Positions 57,823-64,000 of a DNA stretch of 64,000 bases are shown here, piece by piece. Under the pieces are notes generated by a model, which did not search any database, was not told the origin of the DNA, and saw only the letters and a program-made list of their open reading frames with translations. This DNA is from Minisyncoccota bacterium (GTDB lineage Bacteria; Patescibacteriota; Minisyncoccia; Phycocordibacterales; UBA2100): assembly GCA_022842645.1 (NCBI GenBank), contig JALHPE010000002.1:1322-65321 (forward strand), read 5' to 3'. Position numbers and translations under genes: made by a program. Positions within the stretch are counted from its first letter, which is position 1; each line of letters opens with the position of its first letter.

Positions 57823-58090
57823 AGTCCGGATAGTGCTCGCGCTCTTGTGTGCGGTTTCCGTATTTCTTTTTCCGTGGTGGGTAACACTCATCACTGCGTT
57901 CGCGCTTTGTGTGCGCTATCGCGCATGGGAGATTGTACCCATTGCTCTTGCCTTCGATTTCATGTGGCTTCCCTCGCTTTCATTATCGTGGGGTGGTCTT
58001 CCACTTGCAACATTGACCGCATTCGCGCTCCTCATTATCTTTGAGCCACTGCGCCGCGAGCTTCTGACAGGCTCTGCACTTCCACGATAG
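57809..58090 (+). CDS. Small membrane protein at the mreD position
   Basis: Hydrophobic, lies between mreC and PBP2. Confidence 0.6.
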   Translation: MSFSKVRIVLALLCAVSVFLFPWWVTLITAFALCVRYRAWEIVPIALAFDFMWLPSLSLSWGGLPLATLTAFALLIIFEPLRRELLTGSALPR

Positions 58091-58112
58091 TCCTGTTTGC
58101 TATAGTGGCACT

Positions 58113-59801
58113 ATGCGTCTTTTTCGTCGCCGACGTTTCCCAATCGAGATCACCCCAGAAGATATTTTTATCGATTCTACAAACCTTCCTCGTCTCGATG
58201 AAGGAAGCTTGGAGGGAAGAGTGGAGCGCCCCATCTCTTCTCGAGCTATAGCATCAGTTGGTCTTCTGTGCGCTCTTGCGCTCGTGGTTTTTGCGGGCCA
58301 AGCATTTCGTTTGCAGGTTGTCGAAGGTTCCTCATATGCCGACATCTCGCGTAATAATCGTCTCGAACGTTCAGTAATCTTTGCTCCACGTGGCGTCGTC
58401 ACTGATAGAAACGGTGCCGCGCTTGCCTGGAATGAAATCGAAACCGACCCACAGGCAACCAGCTCTACGCCGTTTCCATATCGCAGACATACTGATCTCG
58501 CTGGTTTTTCTCACGTGCTCGGCTTCGTGCGCTATCCCAAAGCAGACGCTTCAGGGAGGTGGTGGAGTGAAGACCATATTGGCATTGCGGGTATTGAAGC
58601 TGCATTTAATGAAACGCTCGCAGGAAAAAATGGAAGCATTATGCAAGAAACAGACGCACGTGGTGGCCTCGTACGCACCGATATTGTCGATCCGCCGCGT
58701 GAAGGGGGTGAGCTCACGCTTTCGATTGATGCTGAAGTACAAGATGCACTCGCGCGCCGTCTTGCAGAACATATCGCCACACAAAAATTCCGTGGTGCGG
58801 CCGCTGCGATTATGGATGTGGAAAATGGCGAGCTTCTCGCACTCGTGAGTATCCCAGAATACGATACAGAAGCGTTTGCGGAAGGGAACACCGAAATTGT
58901 TGCCGCTGCAAACACTGATCCTACAACGCCCTTATTAAATAGGGCTGTGGCGGGGCTCTATGCACCCGGCTCCATCGTAAAGCCGATGTTTGCAGCTGCG
59001 GCGCTGGAGGAAAATCTCATCAGCCCGCAGAAACAAATTTTTTCTGCTGGCTCAATCTCGATCCCGAATCCATACTTTCCTGAAAAACCATCAATTTTTA
59101 AAGACTGGCGCGCTCACGGTTGGACAGACATGCGTCGTGCAATTGCGGTCTCTTCCGACGTGTATTTTTATGCAATTGGTGGTGGCTTCGAGGATCAGCG
59201 GGGCTTAGGTATTGCGCGCATCGACGATTACGCGAAACGTTTTGGTTTTGGCGAGGTGGTGAACTTTGCGCTACCGGGTGGTCTTGTTGGTACCATTCCG
59301 ACGCCAGAATGGAAGCAAGAAGTGTTTGATGAAGACTGGCGTCTTGGGGACACATACAACACAGCAATTGGACAATACGGTTTCCAAGTCACGCTCCTAC
59401 AGGTTTTGCGTCACACTGCTGCAATCGCAAACGGAGGTAGGCTTCTTGACCCACAATTACTCTTAGGAGCGCAGGCGCACGGGTCGGTTGTTGGTATCCA
59501 AGATGAATACCTGCAAATTGCGCGCGAAGGTATGCGCGAGGCTGTTTTGGAAGGGGGGACGGCAGCGGCACTTAATATCCCCGGCATTTCCATTGCAGCA
59601 AAAACGGGTACGGCACAGGTAGGTGTGCGTAATGAATTTATGAATTCGTGGGTCATTGGTTTTTGGCCATTTGAAAAACCGCGCTATGCATTCGCAGTGG
59701 TTCTTGAGCGCTCTCCTGCGGGCACGCTCTCTGGTGCCTCACCAGCCATGAACCCATTTTTCACCTGGCTCCGAGACTCAAAGCCGGAATACATCGAATA
59801 G
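58113..59801 (+). CDS. mrdA: Class B penicillin-binding protein (PBP2)
   Basis: APRG..DRNG, PGSIVK (SxxK), SSDVYFY (SxD), AKTGTA. Confidence 0.93.
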   Translation: MRLFRRRRFPIEITPEDIFIDSTNLPRLDEGSLEGRVERPISSRAIASVGLLCALALVVFAGQAFRLQVVEGSSYADISRNNRLERSVIFAPRGVVTDRNGAALAWNEIETDPQATSSTPFPYRRHTDLAGFSHVLGFVRYPKADASGRWWSEDHIGIAGIEAAFNETLAGKNGSIMQETDARGGLVRTDIVDPPREGGELTLSIDAEVQDALARRLAEHIATQKFRGAAAAIMDVENGELLALVSIPEYDTEAFAEGNTEIVAAANTDPTTPLLNRAVAGLYAPGSIVKPMFAAAALEENLISPQKQIFSAGSISIPNPYFPEKPSIFKDWRAHGWTDMRRAIAVSSDVYFYAIGGGFEDQRGLGIARIDDYAKRFGFGEVVNFALPGGLVGTIPTPEWKQEVFDEDWRLGDTYNTAIGQYGFQVTLLQVLRHTAAIANGGRLLDPQLLLGAQAHGSVVGIQDEYLQIAREGMREAVLEGGTAAALNIPGISIAAKTGTAQVGVRNEFMNSWVIGFWPFEKPRYAFAVVLERSPAGTLSGASPAMNPFFTWLRDSKPEYIE

Positions 59802-59853
59802 CTTGTTGTTTACGGGCGGGCGGGGTACAATGCTCTCGCTTTGATACATCAGT

Positions 59854-60324
59854 ATGATGACTGACCAAAATACGTACCTCTCGCAAGAGAAATTCGACGA
59901 GCTCTCCGCAGAACTCGAGCATCTTAAGACGGTGCGCCGCCGCGAGATTGCCGAACAGCTCGAATACGCTCGTTCGCTTGGCGATCTCTCTGAGAATGCT
60001 GAATACGAAGAGGCCCGCAATCTCCAAGCGGCAACCGAAGACCGTATTCGCACGGTTGAAGTCGAACTCTCTCGCGCCCGCATCATCGAGCACGCTAAAG
60101 GCTCGACTGTTTCTCTCGGCTCTCAGGTTGTCATTCAGAAAATAGGCGAAAAAGAAGAGCACACCTACGAAATCGTCGGGAGTGCAGAAGCAAATATGCA
60201 GGAGAAGAAAATCTCACACCTTTCACCCCTCGGCTCTGCGCTCATGGGCAAGAAAAAAGGTGATGCGTTCACATTTGAAACTCCTAAGGGTGCACAGAAG
60301 TATAAGATCGTGGCTGTTAAATAG
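59854..60324 (+). CDS. greA: Transcription elongation factor GreA
   Basis: GDLSENAEYEEA, IS..SPLGSAL. Confidence 0.97.
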   Translation: MMTDQNTYLSQEKFDELSAELEHLKTVRRREIAEQLEYARSLGDLSENAEYEEARNLQAATEDRIRTVEVELSRARIIEHAKGSTVSLGSQVVIQKIGEKEEHTYEIVGSAEANMQEKKISHLSPLGSALMGKKKGDAFTFETPKGAQKYKIVAVK

Positions 60325-60362
60325 TTTGTGTCAGGACGTATCTTATTGCATAATCGGCTGAC

Positions 60363-60436
60363 GCGCTTTTAGCTCAGTTGGTTAGAGCGTTCGATTCACA
60401 TTCGAAAGGTCTCAGGTTCGAATCCTGAAAGGCGCA
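60363..60436 (+). tRNA. tRNA-Val(CAC)
   Basis: GCGCTTT/AAGGCGC acceptor stem, TTCGA-TTCACAT-TCGAA anticodon arm, GGTTCGAATCC. CCA not encoded. Confidence 0.93.
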
Positions 60437-60459
60437 CATCACTTGAGATACAACGGCTT

Positions 60460-61830
60460 ATCGCAACAAAACACAAAAACGGACATAAGAAATTCTGGAA
60501 ACTCGGCGTTGAGGAATTTAACACTGCACACCTCGATATTTCTCCCGAGGGCGAGCTTGTCGTGCGAGAGGGCAACTACCAGTACAACATCCACAAGATT
60601 GTTCAGAAATACGGTACTTCAACAGAGATAGTCTTTCCCACCATCATCGAGAATCGTGTACGCGATCTTATTGAAACCTTCAACGCCTATATAAAAATTC
60701 TCGGGTATCGAGGCCGTTTTTACTACCACTATCCGATGAAGGTAAACCAGAACAAAGAATTTGTGCTTCCGGCCGTTGCGGAAGGTGCAAATCTTGATGT
60801 CTCAAGTCGCAACGAGCTCTATCTCGTGAAGAAAATGATTGAGAGTGAGAGATTCAATGCAAAAATTCGCGTCACTTGTAATGGGCCAAAAACACCAACG
60901 TACATGGATCTTATTGAAGAGCTTCGCGCGAAAGGCTTCAACATCGTTCCTATCATTGAGGATTATGTCGAACTTGAGCGGATGAAAAAATTTGGCGGCC
61001 CTGTCGGTATTCGAGTCAATCTCAATGTAAAAATTAAAAGTCACTGGGACAAGAAATTTAATCGTTTTGGCTTTACTGAAGAGGAATTGTTGAAGCTCGG
61101 CAAAGTGCGTAACCTCACCATTCTCCACTACCACATTTCGAGTCAGATGGAATCCGTTGAAAGCTTCGTAAAGCCTTTAAAGCGCGCTCTCGAGCTTTTC
61201 CAAAAACTCAAGGAGAAAAACCCGGGACTCGATACGCTCGACATCGGTGGGGGAGCCGCGGTGCCCTATGAGAAAAAACGCCTTTACACAGGCAAGAATC
61301 TTATCCAGCGCATCGTCAAAACTGCCAAATCACACGCAGATAAGCTCGGGCTCCGTCACCCTAATCTCATTGTCGAATGGGGTCGGTACGTCGCTGCGCC
61401 TGCACAAATGACGATCTACAAAATTCTTGCTGAGAAAACGATAGAAACAAAGAGTGATAAGCGCTGGTATGTCATCGACGGCTCATTCATGAACGATCTC
61501 ATTGATTCGTGGGCAATTCACCAAAAGTGGCACGTGATTCCTGTCAATGCACTTCATGCACGTAAATTGGTTAAAACATGGCTTGCTGGCTCTTCGTGCG
61601 ATAGTGACGATAAATATACTGCGGGCGGCATGCATATTCTTCTCCCGTCGCTTGAGAACGTCGATGAGCTGTATGTTGCCATACTCGACACAGGGGCATA
61701 TCAAGATCCGCTTGCGTCACACCACTGTCTTCTCTCATCGCCCGCAAAACTTATCGCAGGAAATGGTGAAATAAAGCTCGCACGAAAACGCGAACAACCC
61801 GAAGATGTAGGCAAACTATTTGGGTGGTAA
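60460..61830 (+). CDS. PLP-dependent arginine/ornithine decarboxylase (SpeA-like); start uncertain (ATC 60460 or GTG 60562)
   Basis: YPMKVNQ, CNGPK, LHYH, LDIGGG, EWGRY, SCDSDD, TGAYQ. Confidence 0.85.
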   Translation: MATKHKNGHKKFWKLGVEEFNTAHLDISPEGELVVREGNYQYNIHKIVQKYGTSTEIVFPTIIENRVRDLIETFNAYIKILGYRGRFYYHYPMKVNQNKEFVLPAVAEGANLDVSSRNELYLVKKMIESERFNAKIRVTCNGPKTPTYMDLIEELRAKGFNIVPIIEDYVELERMKKFGGPVGIRVNLNVKIKSHWDKKFNRFGFTEEELLKLGKVRNLTILHYHISSQMESVESFVKPLKRALELFQKLKEKNPGLDTLDIGGGAAVPYEKKRLYTGKNLIQRIVKTAKSHADKLGLRHPNLIVEWGRYVAAPAQMTIYKILAEKTIETKSDKRWYVIDGSFMNDLIDSWAIHQKWHVIPVNALHARKLVKTWLAGSSCDSDDKYTAGGMHILLPSLENVDELYVAILDTGAYQDPLASHHCLLSSPAKLIAGNGEIKLARKREQPEDVGKLFGW

Positions 61831-61831
61831 T

Positions 61832-62152
61832 CTATTCCGCAACGTAGGATCGTTTTGCGATATAGAGCGGAAGAAATTTTTCGTACGTAATATCGGAGTC
61901 GCTTAGTTCGCTCTGTAACGTAGTACGCAGGTGTTTGAACACAAACTTTGCCTGATGATCCGAAGATGATCCTATAAGACTTTGAGCATAATCCCGTGAT
62001 GTAGTAGGGAACAGTGTTTGCGCGCGCTTGAGTATCTCTTCGAGCGGTTTGCCACTCCAAAGAGCATTCGCTATTTCTTCACATTTTTCCTCGAATGCAC
62101 GTCTCTCAAGCACATTCAACTGTGCATATGTGTGTGGCGTTTTTTCACTCAT
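61832..62152 (-). CDS. Hypothetical protein downstream of tRNA-Pro
   Basis: 106-aa ORF that fills the gap. Confidence 0.5.
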   Translation of the reverse strand: MSEKTPHTYAQLNVLERRAFEEKCEEIANALWSGKPLEEILKRAQTLFPTTSRDYAQSLIGSSSDHQAKFVFKHLRTTLQSELSDSDITYEKFLPLYIAKRSYVAE

Positions 62153-62154
62153 AT

Positions 62155-62225
62155 TCGGGCCGACGAGAATCGAACTCGTTCTACATGACCCCCAGCCATG
62201 CGTACTACCACTATACTACGGCCCG
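62155..62225 (-). tRNA. tRNA-Pro(GGG)
   Basis: CGGGCCG/CGGCCCG acceptor stem, CATGG-CTGGGGG-TCATG anticodon arm, GTTCGATTC. Confidence 0.92.
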
Positions 62226-62257
62226 TTGTGCGAGCGAGTATACCGTATACTTATGGC

Positions 62258-62749
62258 ATGAACCACCGCACTTGGACTTTTTCTAGAGTCCGCAACCTTC
62301 TCGTATTCATCGCCGTTGCTCAAGCTGCCGGTTTAATCGGCACGTTTTTTACATTTGACGCAATACCGACCTGGTATCCGACGCTCGCGAAGCCGTGGTT
62401 CTCACCACCGAATTGGATATTTGGGCCCGTGTGGACAACGCTCTACACCTTGATGGGTATTGCGGCGTTTTTTGTGTGGGAAAAACGCTTTCAAAAAACA
62501 CACGCTTCGCGCGGTATGAACTGGTATTGGGCGCAGCTCTTTTTGAATGCGATTTGGTCGCCGATTTTCTTTGGTGCAAAACAGCTCGGATGGGCTCTTA
62601 TCGTAATCGCGCTTCTGTGGGTTGCGATTCTCTTCACCATACGCGAATTCTGGAAGATACGCCCTCGGTACGGAGTGCTTCTTCTTCCCTATCTTGCATG
62701 GGTCTCATTCGCCAGCGTTCTCAACTACCAGCTTTGGATGCTTAATTAG
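62258..62749 (+). CDS. tspO: TspO/MBR tryptophan-rich sensory protein
   Basis: WY.TL.KP.FSPPNWIFGPVWT.LY.LMG, LN..WSPIFFG, LLPYLAWVSFA. Confidence 0.95.
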   Translation: MNHRTWTFSRVRNLLVFIAVAQAAGLIGTFFTFDAIPTWYPTLAKPWFSPPNWIFGPVWTTLYTLMGIAAFFVWEKRFQKTHASRGMNWYWAQLFLNAIWSPIFFGAKQLGWALIVIALLWVAILFTIREFWKIRPRYGVLLLPYLAWVSFASVLNYQLWMLN

Positions 62750-62771
62750 AGCAGTGCGATACGGTGTTTGC

Positions 62772-64000
62772 TCACGCTACTTTTTTGATTTCTCGATACG
62801 CAACCATGATCGCGAAAATACCGATGAGCACGAGTCCGATCGCTTGACCCACCAAAATTCCTTCTGGCCCGCCGATCCGCCCGCCAATGTAGACAAAAGG
62901 AATAAGAAAAACGATATTGCGTAACATGTTGATGGTTGTCGCGAGCGCTGCTTTATCAAGTGCGTTTAAGGCAGCATTTGCAACGAACACCATGCCGGCA
63001 AATGCAAAACTCCACCCAAGAAATGTGGCATAAAAAAGGACAAGACCCGCACCTTCAGCACTGAGGGAAAATTGCTCGACTAGCAAATGTCGAACAAAGA
63101 AAAGAATAATCGAGGCACCTGCGACATAGTACAGAGTAAACATAATTGCATCTCGAAATGCACTGAGCACTCGATCATACTTTTGTGCGCCAAGATTTTG
63201 TCCAATAATAGGACCTATCGCGCCCGAGAGTGCAAAAATGACACCAAAAAGAACCGGCGTGATGCGCCCCAAAACCGAAGCCCCTGCGACGTAGCTGTCG
63301 CCGTAACGAGCAAGTTGCGTAATCACGAATGCACTTCCCACGGGTGTTGAGAGATTACTGAGTGCCGCGGGGATGAAAACACGCGCGTATTCTCGCACGT
63401 CCTGGAAGAGGCCCGGCTCACGCTCACCATCTAAAAAACCGCTGCGGTAGAGGAGAAAGAAGCCAATTGCGCAGATTGAAATACGTGATGTGGCAGCGGC
63501 AAGTGCGGCACCAGAAAGCCCCCAGTCGAATCCAAAGATGAATAATGGGTCGAGAACGGCGTTCACAACGCCTCCGAGGAGTGTGACGTACATTGCCAAA
63601 CGGAATTGTCCTTTTGCGCGCAGAACCGCCGAGGCGGCGATTCCCATGGCAAGAAACGGGAACGTAGGTATCACGATGCGAAAGTATTCGACTGCATACT
63701 CGAGGGTGCTGCCACGGGCGCCAAGAAGCGAGAGGATGGGTTCGGCAAAAATAAAGAGTACAAACGCTAGGGGTATTGTAAGCACGAGTGTATAGAATGC
63801 CGTATTGCGAAAAAAAGATCGGGCGCGAAGCCCATTATTCGCACCCTCAAGTCGGGAGATGGTGGTTGTGATGGCGATCGAGCTTGCGATTGCAAGAGAA
63901 AGCGTAAAAAAAGAAACACTTCCTGCGAAACCAACGGCCGCTGCGAGCTCGGCTTCGCCAAGAAGCCCGATGAAGAAAATATCCAGAAGATCGACGAAAA
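62772..64000 (-). CDS. MATE family efflux transporter (5' end beyond the window)
   Basis: Frame is open to the window edge. AAVGFAG, NAVLDPLFIFG..GL.GAALA, GQNLGA. Confidence 0.92.
   Translation of the reverse strand, partial: FVDLLDIFFIGLLGEAELAAAVGFAGSVSFFTLSLAIASSIAITTTISRLEGANNGLRARSFFRNTAFYTLVLTIPLAFVLFIFAEPILSLLGARGSTLEYAVEYFRIVIPTFPFLAMGIAASAVLRAKGQFRLAMYVTLLGGVVNAVLDPLFIFGFDWGLSGAALAAATSRISICAIGFFLLYRSGFLDGEREPGLFQDVREYARVFIPAALSNLSTPVGSAFVITQLARYGDSYVAGASVLGRITPVLFGVIFALSGAIGPIIGQNLGAQKYDRVLSAFRDAIMFTLYYVAGASIILFFVRHLLVEQFSLSAEGAGLVLFYATFLGWSFAFAGMVFVANAALNALDKAALATTINMLRNIVFLIPFVYIGGRIGGPEGILVGQAIGLVLIGIFAIMVAYREIKKVA

Noticed and set aside
1-64000. CRISPR array, cas genes, integron, prophage, reverse transcriptase
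   Set aside because: No regularly spaced repeat-spacer array and no recognisable hallmark proteins were seen.

Overview
Gene-dense bacterial window using standard stop codons. Gene content and compact proteins suggest Patescibacteria/CPR (Parcubacteria-like); this is an inference. Core content: a dTMP/folate cluster (glyA, MazG-like, tmk, dcd, thyA, folA, purN-like), an ECF sigma/anti-sigma pair, a sugar cluster (cupin PGI, GH1, EamA, glycoside hydrolase, ROK), a RAYT transposase with REP hairpins, a P-type ATPase, several secreted proteins, def/fmt, frr, rseP, proS, two mreB genes with mreC and PBP2, greA, a SpeA-like decarboxylase and three tRNAs. tRNA-Asn carries a group I intron. Top leads: (1) an unannotated 41-aa K/R-rich peptide right behind a SET-domain gene that matches the histone H3 tail at 9/12 residues (KRLATKAAMLSA vs KQLATKAARKSA); (2) single-gene cassettes with SD sites, several Alphaproteobacteria-like (stand-alone RpoA alpha-CTD, Usg), set in an otherwise largely leaderless backbone; (3) palindromes and heptamer repeats inside housekeeping CDSs, plus a MITE-like insertion; (4) two orphan structured-RNA candidates; (5) a shared ECF promoter motif. 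All family calls come from recognising motifs by eye, with no database searches.
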